Source: Candidatus Hermodarchaeota archaeon
Lineage (GTDB): Archaea > Asgardarchaeota > Lokiarchaeia > Sigyniarchaeales > SOKP01
Assembly (NCBI GenBank): GCA_048885525.1
Contig: JBHLLP010000004.1
Coordinates: 32,001-96,000, forward strand
DNA: 64,000 bases
Direction: 5' to 3'
How positions within the stretch are numbered: position 1 is the first letter of the stretch; each line of letters opens with the position of its first letter. Positions 30,158-40,906 of this stretch are shown one piece after another. The notes under the pieces were generated by a model that was not told where the DNA came from, ran no database searches, and was given only the letters and a program-made list of their open reading frames with translations. The position numbers were made by a program, and so were the translations under genes.

Positions 30158-31024
30158 TTGATTACAAAAATGGTCATAGATAATCCTTTGATTATGATGA
30201 GAGAAATTGGATATAGATATCCAAATGGAACTAAGGCTTTAAAAAATATAAATTTAAATATCTTTAGAGGAGAGCTAATTGGAATAATGGGAAAAAATGG
30301 AGCTGGTAAAACAAGTCTCATTCGAACCTTAAATGGCTTAATTAGGCCAATACAAGGTAATATTTATATTAAAAACGAAAATATTAATTCTAAAAGTATA
30401 GCAACTTTATCTAAAATAGTAGGAATTATTTTTCAAAATCCGTTCCATCAACTTTTTGCAAATTCAGTTGAAGAAGAAATCAACTTTTCTTTAAGAAGCT
30501 TAAATCTAAATAAAGAAGAAATTCAAAAAAAAATTGATCAAATCCTCCATGAATTTGATCTTGAGAAGTATAGAAAGCGATCTCCTCTCAACTTATCTGG
30601 AGGAGAGTCTAAAAAGCTTGCAATTGCTTCAATAATTTGTAGAGATCCTGAAATTCTGATTTTCGATGAACCCACATTAGGTCAAGATGCGAAAGAAATT
30701 GAATTTTTTATTAACTTAATTAATAATGAAAGAAAAAAAGATAAAACTATAATCATAATTACTCATAATATTGAATTTGCTTATGAATACATACCTCGGA
30801 CAATTCTAATGACGGAAGGTCACATTATTGCAGATGGACCGACAAAAGAAGTATTGAATAACAGTCTTTTAATAGAAAAAACATCACTAATTTTACCTCA
30901 AATTTGTCAATTCAATTTAGCATTACAACAGTTAAACTTGCAGTTAGATAATAAAATTTCTTCAAAGAATGATATGATCGATTATCTAAGGAATCTAATA
31001 AAAAATAAATCTTTAAAAATTTAA
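30158..31024 (+). CDS. ECF transporter ATPase (EcfA')
   Basis: GKNGAGKT, IFQNP, LSGGE, FDEPTLGQD. Confidence 0.9.
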   Translation: MITKMVIDNPLIMMREIGYRYPNGTKALKNINLNIFRGELIGIMGKNGAGKTSLIRTLNGLIRPIQGNIYIKNENINSKSIATLSKIVGIIFQNPFHQLFANSVEEEINFSLRSLNLNKEEIQKKIDQILHEFDLEKYRKRSPLNLSGGESKKLAIASIICRDPEILIFDEPTLGQDAKEIEFFINLINNERKKDKTIIIITHNIEFAYEYIPRTILMTEGHIIADGPTKEVLNNSLLIEKTSLILPQICQFNLALQQLNLQLDNKISSKNDMIDYLRNLIKNKSLKI

Positions 31025-31039
31025 GAGGAATATAAATAA

Positions 31040-31807
31040 ATGTCATTGGAATTTTTAAATGCTTTTAAATTCATGAAAAAGGCAAGCTTCCTACATAATT
31101 TAGACCCACGAGCAAAATTAATATTCTCGATTATATATACGATAAGTGCGTTATTATTCACACAAATTATACCGTTAATTTTTATTTTTTTGAGTTTAAT
31201 TCCATTGGTTCTTGTAGGAAAATTATTTAGGCAATGGGTTAAAAGCATCCGAGGTTTATCATTCTTGGTTCTTTTCATAATTATTTTAAATACCTTATTC
31301 ATTTCCTTGTCATTTGCTATAGCAATGATATTAAGAATATATATCATGGTGTCGGCTTTTTCAATCTTTTTTTTAACTGTCGATCCAAATGATTTAGCAC
31401 TATCCTTGATTTCAATGAAATTACCATATGAATTTGCTTTTTCATTCTCATTAGCTTTTAGATTTGTCCCCACTATCGCAATTGAGGCTCAAAATATATT
31501 GGAAGCTCAACAAAGTAGGGGATATGAAATGCAAAAGAAAGGTCTTATTAATCAAATAAAAAATCTTTTTCCACTTTTAATTCCATTGATAATCAATTCA
31601 ATTAAAAGAGCATTTAACGTTGCTGAAGCTCTTGAATCAAGAGCCTTTGGCAGTAGAAAAGAACGCACCTATTATTATAGTATAAGATATTCTTTCAAAG
31701 ACTATATTTTTACTCTTTATTTATTAGCATTTCTAATAATTGTAATTATTGTTAGAGTTCAATTTAATTCGATGCCTGATTTTCTAATGTGGAGTTTACC
31801 GGTTTGA
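31040..31807 (+). CDS. ecfT: ECF transporter transmembrane T component
   Basis: LDPRAK, AFRFVP, AQQSRG, ALESRAF. Confidence 0.92.
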   Translation: MSLEFLNAFKFMKKASFLHNLDPRAKLIFSIIYTISALLFTQIIPLIFIFLSLIPLVLVGKLFRQWVKSIRGLSFLVLFIIILNTLFISLSFAIAMILRIYIMVSAFSIFFLTVDPNDLALSLISMKLPYEFAFSFSLAFRFVPTIAIEAQNILEAQQSRGYEMQKKGLINQIKNLFPLLIPLIINSIKRAFNVAEALESRAFGSRKERTYYYSIRYSFKDYIFTLYLLAFLIIVIIVRVQFNSMPDFLMWSLPV

Positions 31808-32490
31808 TAGTTAAAGAATTTAATATTGAAGCTTTAAATTTGCACTTTTTTGTTGGGATTAATCAAATTAAAATAAATTTTGATGAGTTTTTAGATTTTT
31901 ATAATATTGATAATGAAAAAGAGATTTTAAATCGATTTTTTAAGCTTATTGATGAAATCCAAAACAAAAATAAAAATTCTGTAATACAATTTATTAAAGA
32001 TAAATACATCTTGAATTATAATCATATTTTTATGGCATGCTACAATTTACAGAAAGCATTTCAACAAAATATTAACATTTCAAGCAAAAAAAAGATCGAG
32101 TTATTATTATATTTAGCAACCAATAGACAAATCAATAAGAGTATTGAAGCTTTTGGAATTGATTATTCTGATTTAAATAAACAGAGTTGCACTTTCTGTA
32201 TTATCTCTCCAATTGATAATCTAAATAGTATTAATGATGAGTTATTACAAATCCTCAGAGCAAATAATGCAGAGTTAACTCTGAATAATCAATCACCAAA
32301 AAAGTTTGATAAAGTTAAACAGTTTTTTAAAATTTCCGAAGAAAAAATTGAAATAATATTAAAATCTTATGGGATAGAAATCAACAAAAAAGAAATTAAT
32401 TTAAATTTTAAATATTCTGCTTTAAATGATTTAATTTTCGAAAAAATGGCTCTAATGAGTTTGGAACAAGTTAAAATCAAGATTGATTAA
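31789..32490 (+). CDS. cgi121: KEOPS subunit Cgi121-like
   Basis: HIFMA, IELLLYLATNRQINKSIEAFG, terminal IFEKMAL. Confidence 0.8.
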   Translation: MEFTGLIVKEFNIEALNLHFFVGINQIKINFDEFLDFYNIDNEKEILNRFFKLIDEIQNKNKNSVIQFIKDKYILNYNHIFMACYNLQKAFQQNINISSKKKIELLLYLATNRQINKSIEAFGIDYSDLNKQSCTFCIISPIDNLNSINDELLQILRANNAELTLNNQSPKKFDKVKQFFKISEEKIEIILKSYGIEINKKEINLNFKYSALNDLIFEKMALMSLEQVKIKID

Positions 32491-33011
32491 TATTTTATCT
32501 TATTTATCTTAACGATCTCATTTTTTCTCAAAAAAGATATTCCACTAATATTTCCTAAGATTTCTATTCTAATTACCTTATCTGGATTTTCAAGATCAAC
32601 CTTGTAATCAATCTTACTGGCTATATCATCAATAAAACTCTTTCTTTCAATTTTTTCATGATGTCTTCGTTTTAAAATTATTTTAAAAGACTCCCCATTA
32701 GTAAAAAAATTTTTATGATGTTCTTGGATAACATTTTTTATGGTTTTTGTATCTGTTTCGCAAGTAAAATCAATTGGTACAATTTTTAAAATAAATTGTA
32801 AAAAATTATAATTTTTTTTTTGAAATTTTTTTATTTTTGAAATAACATATTTTGAATTCAAATTAGTTAAAGCTGTAATTAATCCTGGAAATTGAATTCC
32901 AGAGATGATTGGATAAGTATCACCACACATTAATAAAATGAACCATAATTCCGACTTTGCATTTATTTCATTAAATCGAGAAGTTGAGACTAAAAGATTA
33001 AAATTTTTCAT
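32487..33011 (-). CDS. stand-alone THUMP-domain protein
   Basis: SFKIILKRR, KVDLENPDKVIRIEILG. Confidence 0.85.
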   Translation of the reverse strand: MKNFNLLVSTSRFNEINAKSELWFILLMCGDTYPIISGIQFPGLITALTNLNSKYVISKIKKFQKKNYNFLQFILKIVPIDFTCETDTKTIKNVIQEHHKNFFTNGESFKIILKRRHHEKIERKSFIDDIASKIDYKVDLENPDKVIRIEILGNISGISFLRKNEIVKINKIKY

Positions 33012-33025
33012 TTATATCACTCATA

Positions 33026-33685
33026 TCATTCTAATAAATATTGTATAATATCTTCTTCAGAAATCTCCCCAATTCGTAAAAACTTTATCTTTTGAGAAGT
33101 ACAATCAGCAATGGTGGTAGGAAGTCTCGATTTTGACTTCCCTCCATCAATAATAAAATCTATAGGACTTAATATTTTTTTAGTTACTTCTTCTCCACTA
33201 ATTGAGGGAGGTTCTCCAGAATAATTAGCTGAGGTTCCTATAATCCCCCCAAAATGTCCTCTTGACTTTAAAAGCCTCAAAATATTTAGTATTATTTCAT
33301 TTTCAGGAACACGTAAGCCTATAGTATCTTGAAAGGCAGTTACTTCTGGAGGGATAATACAAGGGTCTGTTTTTTTTAGTATTAAGGTCAATTGACCTGG
33401 CCAATATTTTATTGCAAGTTTTTTGGCGATATCATTGAATTTAGCTATTTTAGTAGCTTCTTCATAATCTGAAACTAATAATAATAATCCTTTTGATCTA
33501 TCTCTAAATTTAATATCATAAATTCTATTAATTACATCTAAATTTTGAGGATCGCCTCCAATCCCATAAACAGAATCGGTAGGAAAGGCAATTATTTCAC
33601 CTTCAACTATTTTATCTACTGCAATATCAAGATAAAATTCAATATCTTTTAATTTCTTACCAACTAATTTAATTAAAAATCCCAT
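33026..33685 (-). CDS. threonylcarbamoyl-AMP synthase (single-domain TsaC/Sua5)
   Basis: AFPTDSVYGIG, WPGQLT, GLRVP, TSANYSG. Confidence 0.92.
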   Translation of the reverse strand: MGFLIKLVGKKLKDIEFYLDIAVDKIVEGEIIAFPTDSVYGIGGDPQNLDVINRIYDIKFRDRSKGLLLLVSDYEEATKIAKFNDIAKKLAIKYWPGQLTLILKKTDPCIIPPEVTAFQDTIGLRVPENEIILNILRLLKSRGHFGGIIGTSANYSGEPPSISGEEVTKKILSPIDFIIDGGKSKSRLPTTIADCTSQKIKFLRIGEISEEDIIQYLLE

Positions 33686-33746
33686 ATGATCTCTTCTTTG
33701 ATTTAAAAACTATAATTAACAAATGAGAGAAATATTAATATAAAGA

Positions 33747-34688
33747 TTATTTTGGATATTGATCTTGACAATTTAAATCAGCTTCTAACCGTTTCCAAGT
33801 ATGATCTAAATATTCTTGGAGTTCAATTAAGTCCTTTTCTGAAATACTAGCAAATCTTTTTTGTTTGGAAAGATAATCTATTAGTGGAGTCCTCTTAGAT
33901 GGATCTAGTAGCGGTCTACTTGCTTTTGATAATGTCATGATTCCATTTTCTACTTCATATAGAATCCATGAACCTGTTTTCACAGCTAATCGAGCAATTT
34001 CAATTGTATCTTCAGAATTAAATCCCCATCCTGTACAACAAGGTGCCATAATATGGATATATCTACAGCCTTTAATCGATTTGGCCTTTTTAAATTTATC
34101 ATACAAGTCAAGTGGTTCGCTTATAGAACAAGTTGCTACATAAGGCATGTCATGAGCTGCCATAATTGCGGGAAGATTCTTTTTAAAGCGATCTTTTCCC
34201 TTCGTGGTTGTACTTGTCCATGCACCATGGGGTGTACTTGAAGACCTTTGAATTCCTGTATTCATATATGCTTCATTATCGTAGCATACATAAATTTGGT
34301 CTGAATTTCTTTCTGCTGCTCCACTTAGACCTTGAATTCCTATATCTGCAGTACCACCATCTCCTGCAAATGTAATTGTAGTCATCTCATCCCAACCCTT
34401 ACCGGGAAATCTATATGCTTTCGCTTTGAAAGCAGCAGACATACCAGTTGCAGCAGCTGCACCCGCAGCAAAAGCCATGTTCGTAAATGGGAAATTTGGG
34501 GCTGTTTTAGGCCATAAACCTACTACTACATTTAAGCAGGACGCGGGAGTTACAAGAGCCGTATTTGGTCCTAATGCCTTAATTGCCCATCGAAGAGCGA
34601 TTTCTAAACCACATCCAGCACAACAAGAATTCCCTGGAAGGAAATATTCTTCTTGGCAAGATTCTAAAACTTCCTTTAATTTTACCAT
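33747..34688 (-). CDS. porB: pyruvate/2-oxoisovalerate:ferredoxin oxidoreductase beta subunit
   Basis: CAGCG, GDGGTADIG, DNEAYMNTGIQRS; ATG 34688 (MVKLKE) preferred. Confidence 0.9.
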   Translation of the reverse strand: MVKLKEVLESCQEEYFLPGNSCCAGCGLEIALRWAIKALGPNTALVTPASCLNVVVGLWPKTAPNFPFTNMAFAAGAAAATGMSAAFKAKAYRFPGKGWDEMTTITFAGDGGTADIGIQGLSGAAERNSDQIYVCYDNEAYMNTGIQRSSSTPHGAWTSTTTKGKDRFKKNLPAIMAAHDMPYVATCSISEPLDLYDKFKKAKSIKGCRYIHIMAPCCTGWGFNSEDTIEIARLAVKTGSWILYEVENGIMTLSKASRPLLDPSKRTPLIDYLSKQKRFASISEKDLIELQEYLDHTWKRLEADLNCQDQYPK

Positions 34689-34692
34689 TTCT

Positions 34693-35949
34693 TTATTCGA
34701 CCTCCAATAAACCATCCCAGAGAGTCCCATGTATCACATCTTTTGGAAGTTCTCCAGTCTCATTATATTTTACTAGCTTACGTATTTGATTTTTTTGTTG
34801 TTCGAGAGTGACTTCTCTCCCTCCTAATCCATTAATAATCGGTAATACTGTTGCAGTTCCTTTCGTTTCATTTAGAGCACCTTTAACTTCACAACTTACA
34901 GCTCCTCCAGTCTGAGAACCAAATGCAGTAGCTCGATCAATTACTCCAAGAATTTTCACTTTTTTAGCAACTTCAACAATATTTTCTGTTGGAAAAGGTC
35001 TAAAATGGCGAAGCTTTACCATGCCAACTTTATAACCTTCTTCTCTTAAATCTTCTATAGCTTGTTCCATTTGTAGTGCTAAATCTCCATATATAATTAC
35101 TCCTACATTCGCATCATCCATTTTGTATTCTTGAATTAATCCATTACCATAATTTCTCCCAAATGTTTTCTCAAATTCCTTAGCGACGTTTACAATTTTC
35201 TCCTTAGCTCTAATGAGAGCATCATGAATTTTCAATCTAAATTCATAGTAAAAACTTGAAGGCATGATAAGATTGCCAAACATCATTGGTCTTTTTGGAT
35301 CCATCCAGATATGAGGCCAACCCTCCTCACCTGGTAATTCTGGTAAAAATTTATCTACAAGATCTTGATCTTCGAGAATAACTGGTTTTGACGTATGGGA
35401 AAGAATAAACCCTCCATAAGAAACAAATTTTGGTAAAAGAATATCATGATCCTCACAAACCTTATATGACATTAAAATTTCATCATATATTTCTTGATGT
35501 TCGGCACAAAAACAACTCATCCATCCTGTGTCACGTTGACTTATCACATCTGTAAAATCCGCCCAAATATTCCAAGGAGGTGCTGGTCCTCGAGATGCAA
35601 TAGCAACAACTATAGGTAATCTTGCTCCTGCTGCCCAATGAATCATTTCATGGGCATAGAAAATGCCTTGACCAGATGTAGCGGTAAATGTACGAGCTCC
35701 TGCTTTACTTGCACCAATTACAGCAGCAAAAACGCTATGTTCAGATTCCATTTTTAAATATTCTGTTCCTGGCATTTCTCCATTATCCACAAATTCAGAA
35801 AGTTTTTCAACTACTGTAGTTTGTGGAGTTATTGGATATGCACTAATTACTTGAACTCGTGCTGATTTCGCAGCATAAGCTGCTGCTTCATTTCCTTTAA
35901 TTATGATAGATTCTCTCTTTTGGATAAAATCTTTCTGGGATTCAACCAT
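34693..35949 (-). CDS. porA: pyruvate/2-oxoisovalerate:ferredoxin oxidoreductase alpha subunit
   Basis: AYPITPQT, ESEHS, TATSGQG, FRPFP, GLGGR. Confidence 0.9.
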   Translation of the reverse strand: MVESQKDFIQKRESIIIKGNEAAAYAAKSARVQVISAYPITPQTTVVEKLSEFVDNGEMPGTEYLKMESEHSVFAAVIGASKAGARTFTATSGQGIFYAHEMIHWAAGARLPIVVAIASRGPAPPWNIWADFTDVISQRDTGWMSCFCAEHQEIYDEILMSYKVCEDHDILLPKFVSYGGFILSHTSKPVILEDQDLVDKFLPELPGEEGWPHIWMDPKRPMMFGNLIMPSSFYYEFRLKIHDALIRAKEKIVNVAKEFEKTFGRNYGNGLIQEYKMDDANVGVIIYGDLALQMEQAIEDLREEGYKVGMVKLRHFRPFPTENIVEVAKKVKILGVIDRATAFGSQTGGAVSCEVKGALNETKGTATVLPIINGLGGREVTLEQQKNQIRKLVKYNETGELPKDVIHGTLWDGLLEVE

Positions 35950-36289
35950 CTTTTATATCACTCTCTCTAACCATTTCTATGTTATTTGTTGGACATTCTT
36001 TAGCACATATTCCACAACCTTTACAGTATCGTAAATCAATTCGAAATGTACCATCTTCCATCTTTTTAATAACACCTTCTGGACAATACATCCAGCATAT
36101 TCCACATTTGTTACATTCTTCTTTAATAATTGGTCTAAAAGTTCTCCAATCACCCGTTGGTCCAATATTTCCATCAATTGGTAATGAAATTGGAATTGGG
36201 GATAATTCCTTCCAGTTTTTATATTCTTGAACTTTAGGACGTTCTTTTACTGATTTATTAATTTTTTTCCACTTTTTTGATTCTGACAT
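35942..36289 (-). CDS. porD: oxidoreductase delta (ferredoxin) subunit
   Basis: TGDWRTFRP, CNKCGICWMYCP, YCKGCGICAKECP. Confidence 0.92.
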   Translation of the reverse strand: MSESKKWKKINKSVKERPKVQEYKNWKELSPIPISLPIDGNIGPTGDWRTFRPIIKEECNKCGICWMYCPEGVIKKMEDGTFRIDLRYCKGCGICAKECPTNNIEMVRESDIKDG

Positions 36290-36291
36290 AA

Positions 36292-36882
36292 TTAAATCTC
36301 TCTTACTGATTCATATGCGTCTCTTGCAACGCTCATATTTTTTTCTAATCTAGCCTCTCCAAATTCTTTTCTAATTACTTTTTCCATTGTTTCGAGGTTA
36401 TAATAGCCAGTAATCTTTCCAAACGCTCCTAACATAGGTATGTTCAGAATTGGCCCACTCGCATGCATGAAATCCCTTTTTATACATATACCTGTTGCAT
36501 CTACGAGGTATATTTTTATTTTATTAGGAAGATCTCTTTTATCTATCGGATCAGCACTATTAATTATAAGATTTGTACCATCCTTTATTGTTGCTTTTAT
36601 AGTAGGGATCTCTAATAAAGAAGTATCAAACATAAGTATGTAATCTGGATTTACTACACTATCATATGTTTTAATCGATTTATTCTTAGAAACTTTTGTA
36701 AATGATTGTATTGGAGCACCTCTACGCTCAGCGCCTATTATTGGGATAGCTATTGTGTCTTGGAATCCTTCTTCAAATGCCATTTCAGCTAATAACTGAC
36801 TTGCTGTGATACAAGTTTGGCCACCTCGGCAATGCATTGATATTTCTATAATTTTTTCATGACTCGACAATTTATTTAACAA
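36292..36882 (-). CDS. porC: oxidoreductase gamma subunit
   Basis: HCRGGQ, GAERRGAP, NIPMLGA. Confidence 0.9.
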   Translation of the reverse strand: MLNKLSSHEKIIEISMHCRGGQTCITASQLLAEMAFEEGFQDTIAIPIIGAERRGAPIQSFTKVSKNKSIKTYDSVVNPDYILMFDTSLLEIPTIKATIKDGTNLIINSADPIDKRDLPNKIKIYLVDATGICIKRDFMHASGPILNIPMLGAFGKITGYYNLETMEKVIRKEFGEARLEKNMSVARDAYESVREI

Positions 36883-37107
36883 CCTTTTTTTCTATTGATC
36901 GCAATATGTCCAATAAAGGCACAACCAATAAAAGTACTATTAATTTTACTTATATAATTACAATATGAAACAATTATAAAGAATTTATAATAATAATTGT
37001 TATAATTATTAATTTATTTTGAAAAATGTCCTGTTCTAAATCCATCTTACGATTTAACGTAAACTTTTCATTCAATTATATAAAGGTTTAAGCTAGGAAA
37101 TAATAAT

Positions 37108-37677
37108 ATGGCTTATGAAAAAAGTAGTAACGATATAGTATATTCCTTTAAATGTCCTTCATGCCGAGAAGGAACAATTAATATAGTTAAAAATATTTAT
37201 GATCTTCCCGATGGGGACAAGATGCTTATATTAAAATTTGTATGTAATGCGTGCAATTTTCATAAAAATGATATTATCCCTCTAACTACTGATATGGCTC
37301 CTGGAATTATGACTTTACAAATTTTAGACGAAAATGACCTTAAATCTAAGATTTATCGTTCACCTACTGGTAAATTAGAGATTCCCGAACTTGAATTAAT
37401 AGTAGAACCAGGTCCAAGAGCCGATTTCTATTATACTAACATACAAGGGATCTTATTTAGATTCGAATATGCTGTTTCAATTTATAGAAATAATCTCAAA
37501 GAAAATGATCCAGAAGTAAACGAAATTGATGAGCTTATGTGTAATTTAAAACAGGCTATAGATGGAAAATTTAAGTTTACTTTAAAAATCACCGACCCAC
37601 AGGGAGGAAGTTATATTGTTCCACAAGATAAATCAAGATATACTTTTGAAAAAATTAAGAAAGACGATTTAGAATAA
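37108..37677 (+). CDS. ZPR1-type zinc-finger protein
   Basis: CPSC...CNAC, IPELEL.VEPGP, DPQGGSYI. Confidence 0.88.
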   Translation: MAYEKSSNDIVYSFKCPSCREGTINIVKNIYDLPDGDKMLILKFVCNACNFHKNDIIPLTTDMAPGIMTLQILDENDLKSKIYRSPTGKLEIPELELIVEPGPRADFYYTNIQGILFRFEYAVSIYRNNLKENDPEVNEIDELMCNLKQAIDGKFKFTLKITDPQGGSYIVPQDKSRYTFEKIKKDDLE

Positions 37678-37754
37678 ATATAAAATATGAAATATTCATA
37701 ATTGTTTATTATAATAAATTTTTTAACTTCACGAACACCGAAGTGTGAAATAAA

Positions 37755-38909
37755 ATGGGAGATCAGATTAAAAAAGTTGGGATTTTAACTGGAGGAGGAG
37801 ATTGTCCTGGTTTAAATTCTGTACTCTATGGAATTATGTTAAAAGCATATGATGCTGGTATTGAGTGTGTAGGAATTCTTAAGGGATGGAAAGGTTTTAT
37901 AGAAAACCAAACAATTCCACTTAATATAGCAGAACATGATGACTTACATACCGTCGGTGGAACAATCCTATATACCAGTAGAACTAATCCATTTAAAGGG
38001 TTTGATTCAAAGGAAGAAAGAGCCAAAGAATTAAGTAACAAATTTGAGGAATTAGGAATTGATGCTTTAATTGCCATAGGTGGAGATGATACATTAGGAG
38101 TAGCTGATGCAATGTATAAATTTGCCAATGCAAAAGTAATTGGTTGCCCTAAAACAATAGATAATGACTTAGCTGGAACTCATTATACATTTGGGTTTTG
38201 GAGTGCTGTACAATTAGCCTCAAATACTCTTGATAATCTTACTACCACTGCTCGTTCTCATCAGAGAGTTTTTGTAGTAGAAGTTATGGGAAGAGATGCT
38301 GGTTTCTTAACCATGTATAGTGGAATATCCGCAGGCGCAGACATAATTTTAATTCCAGAGACTCCATTTGATTTAGAAAAAGATATAATTGAAGTTTTAA
38401 AGAAAAGAGTTAATGCAGGTTATAAATATCATATAATAGCTACTTCAGAAGGGGCATATCCTAATTTAGAATCATTAAAAAAAGACTTTAAAACTATATC
38501 AAAAGAAACAATAGATAAATTACCTAAAGATACATTTGGTAACCCGTTATTAGTAAAATTGAATATGTCTCAAATAATTGTTGATGAATTAAATCAAAGA
38601 GATGATTTAAAGCAAGAATTTCAAAAGAATGGAGTAGATTTTGAATGTAGAAGTGTGGTTCTCGGTCATACTATGCGAGCTGGTCCACCAAATTCATTTG
38701 ATAGAATATTAGGATTAAGATTTGGCTTAGCTGCAATTAAACTTGTTATAGAAGGCAAGTTTGGTAATATGGTATCACTCCAAGGAAATAAAATAAAAAT
38801 AGTTCCTTTATCAGAAGGTATTAAAAAGAAATACCTTACCCCTGAAAATGATAAAATGGAATTGTGTGACTTGCTTGTTAAAATTCGGTATTTATCAAAA
38901 AAAAAATGA
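37755..38909 (+). CDS. phosphofructokinase (PfkA family), probably PPi-dependent
   Basis: TGGGDCPGLN, GGDDT (Asp at the donor-specificity site), PKTIDND, EVMGR. Confidence 0.9.
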   Translation: MGDQIKKVGILTGGGDCPGLNSVLYGIMLKAYDAGIECVGILKGWKGFIENQTIPLNIAEHDDLHTVGGTILYTSRTNPFKGFDSKEERAKELSNKFEELGIDALIAIGGDDTLGVADAMYKFANAKVIGCPKTIDNDLAGTHYTFGFWSAVQLASNTLDNLTTTARSHQRVFVVEVMGRDAGFLTMYSGISAGADIILIPETPFDLEKDIIEVLKKRVNAGYKYHIIATSEGAYPNLESLKKDFKTISKETIDKLPKDTFGNPLLVKLNMSQIIVDELNQRDDLKQEFQKNGVDFECRSVVLGHTMRAGPPNSFDRILGLRFGLAAIKLVIEGKFGNMVSLQGNKIKIVPLSEGIKKKYLTPENDKMELCDLLVKIRYLSKKK

Positions 38910-39196
38910 CTTTATCAACACATTTCAAAAATAGATGAAATTAGAGAAATTCTTCTTAGTTTAATATAAGCAAAAGGAATAGAATCGGAAGATCCACGTA
39001 TATTCTTAAACCCATAGATAAAAATTAAAATAGATGTTAAAAGATTAACTCCTTAGAAAGTTCTAACAGTTTTCCTAAATGAATTTTTTTTAATAACATA
39101 ATGCAGCAATTTTTAAATAAGATTTAAGTAATAATAGATTCAAAAAAAAGCCTAATTTTAAATATTTTTTGTCAGTTTATTTTTTTACTAAAATTC

Positions 39197-39243
39197 AAAG
39201 TTCCATTGTAGTTCAACAATAAAAACTATAAATATTCAAAATT
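39197..39243 (+). promoter_or_regulatory. upstream element of MFS paralog 1 (AGTTC direct repeat + TATA-like box)
   Basis: AAAGTTCcattgtAGTTCaa...aaactataaatatt, repeated at 40753. Confidence 0.5.
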
Positions 39244-39336
39244 ATATATCTTACTCGCTATATAACAATTTTATGTAATTTTCGAAACCACAAATTTCTA
39301 AAATATTATCTTGAACTATTAAATTGATGATTTTTT

Positions 39337-40605
39337 ATGTTCGATAAAGTTAAAAATATATACAGAGGATATCCAAATGCTTTTTGGGTGCTAACTTTCG
39401 CTACTTTCATTGATATGTTGGGAAGCTTTATTTTATATCCTTTTTATGCTCTGTATATCACTGGACGCTTTGGAGTAGGGATGATCGAAGTAGGGTTCTT
39501 ATTTTCGATCTTCTCTATTGGAAACATATTGGGCGGTGTGATTGGAGGAGCTTTAGCTGATAAATATGGTCGTCGTGCGATCATACTTATTGGTTTAGTT
39601 GTAAGCGGAATAGGGAGTGTTTTTATGGGATTAGTTGATAATTTAAATACTTTTTATATCCTTGCTGCATTTTTGGGCTTGATTGGCAATTTTGGAGGTC
39701 CTGCAAGACAAGCAATGGTAGCAGATTTACTTCCAAATGAGAAGCAAACAAAAGGATTTGGGATCATACGAGTGGCATTTAATATTTCAGCAGTGATAGG
39801 TCCTCTTCTTGGCGGATTGATTGCAACTCGATCCTTTATGTTGCTATTTATTGCTGATGCTGTGAGTAGTTTAATTACTGCTTTTATAGTCTATGTTGTG
39901 ATTCCGGAGACCAAACCTCAAATGATAGATAATAAATCTCAAGAAACAGTAATCAAGACTCTTATTGGATATAAAACAGTGATAAAGGATTGGAAATTTA
40001 TGTTATTTCTAGGTGTATCTGCTATAACAGTATTGGTATATATGCAAATGAACAGTACGTTATCAGTTTTTTTAAGGGATGTTCATGGATTCCCTGAGTC
40101 AAGTTTTGGTTATTTGTTAAGTATGAATGCAGCTATGGTAGTTCTCTTTCAATTTTGGATAACTAAAAAGATTTCAAAGTATGCTCCTATGAAAATGATG
40201 GCTTTTGGGACTCTTTTTCTTATGATCGGTTTTGGGATGTATGGTTTTATTTCTGAGCCATATCTGTTTTTTGTTGCTATGGGTATTATTACAATAGGGG
40301 AATGTATTGTATATCCTCTTGGACAAAGTACAGCCGCATCTTTCGCTCCCGAAGATAAACGAGGAAGATATATGGCGGTTTATGCATTTCAATGGGGGAT
40401 CCCCAACTTATTCGGAGTTTTAGCTGCTGGTTTAATTTGGGTGAGTATTGGACCAAATTGGGTATGGTATTTAGCTGGGATTCTTTCTCTGATTTCAACT
40501 ATTGGATTTTGGTTAATGCACGGAATTAATAAGGAACTTTTATTAAAAGAAGAACAGCCTATGGAAGATGAATTACTTGAATATACAGTTCCTTCAATAG
40601 AATAA
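39337..40605 (+). CDS. MFS transporter, paralog 1
   Basis: GALADKYGRR motif A; about 12 TM segments. Confidence 0.93.
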   Translation: MFDKVKNIYRGYPNAFWVLTFATFIDMLGSFILYPFYALYITGRFGVGMIEVGFLFSIFSIGNILGGVIGGALADKYGRRAIILIGLVVSGIGSVFMGLVDNLNTFYILAAFLGLIGNFGGPARQAMVADLLPNEKQTKGFGIIRVAFNISAVIGPLLGGLIATRSFMLLFIADAVSSLITAFIVYVVIPETKPQMIDNKSQETVIKTLIGYKTVIKDWKFMLFLGVSAITVLVYMQMNSTLSVFLRDVHGFPESSFGYLLSMNAAMVVLFQFWITKKISKYAPMKMMAFGTLFLMIGFGMYGFISEPYLFFVAMGIITIGECIVYPLGQSTAASFAPEDKRGRYMAVYAFQWGIPNLFGVLAAGLIWVSIGPNWVWYLAGILSLISTIGFWLMHGINKELLLKEEQPMEDELLEYTVPSIE

Positions 40606-40680
40606 GAGATATCTCTATTATTTTCCTAATTATAATTAATTATTTAATTTTAAGTAAAGATCCTAAATTTAATATTAATG

Positions 40681-40714
40681 ATCGTGAAACACGTCTTCAC
40701 GATGATTTTTTTTT
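40681..40714 (+). terminator. hairpin + T-tract between the MFS paralogs
   Basis: ATCGTGAA-N7-TTCACGAT followed by GA and T9. Confidence 0.45.
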
Positions 40715-40752
40715 GTTAAATTTTAAATTTTAAAGCTAGCTTTTTCAAAATT

Positions 40753-40798
40753 AAAGTTCTATTATAGTTCAATAATTTAAACTATAAATATTAAAAAT
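40753..40798 (+). promoter_or_regulatory. upstream element of MFS paralog 2
   Basis: AAAGTTCtattatAGTTCaa...aaactataaatatt. Confidence 0.5.
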
Positions 40799-40906
40799 CA
40801 TTTCTTTAAGCACTCCATAGCATATTTATTTATGAAAGCTTATCTATTTTTAAAAACTTCAAATTTATACTATGTACTGATAAATACTTAAGTTAATGAT
40901 AAAGCC

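Noticed and set aside
38906-39056. Protein-like remnant after pfk
   Set aside because: Short, interrupted by stops, no recognisable motif
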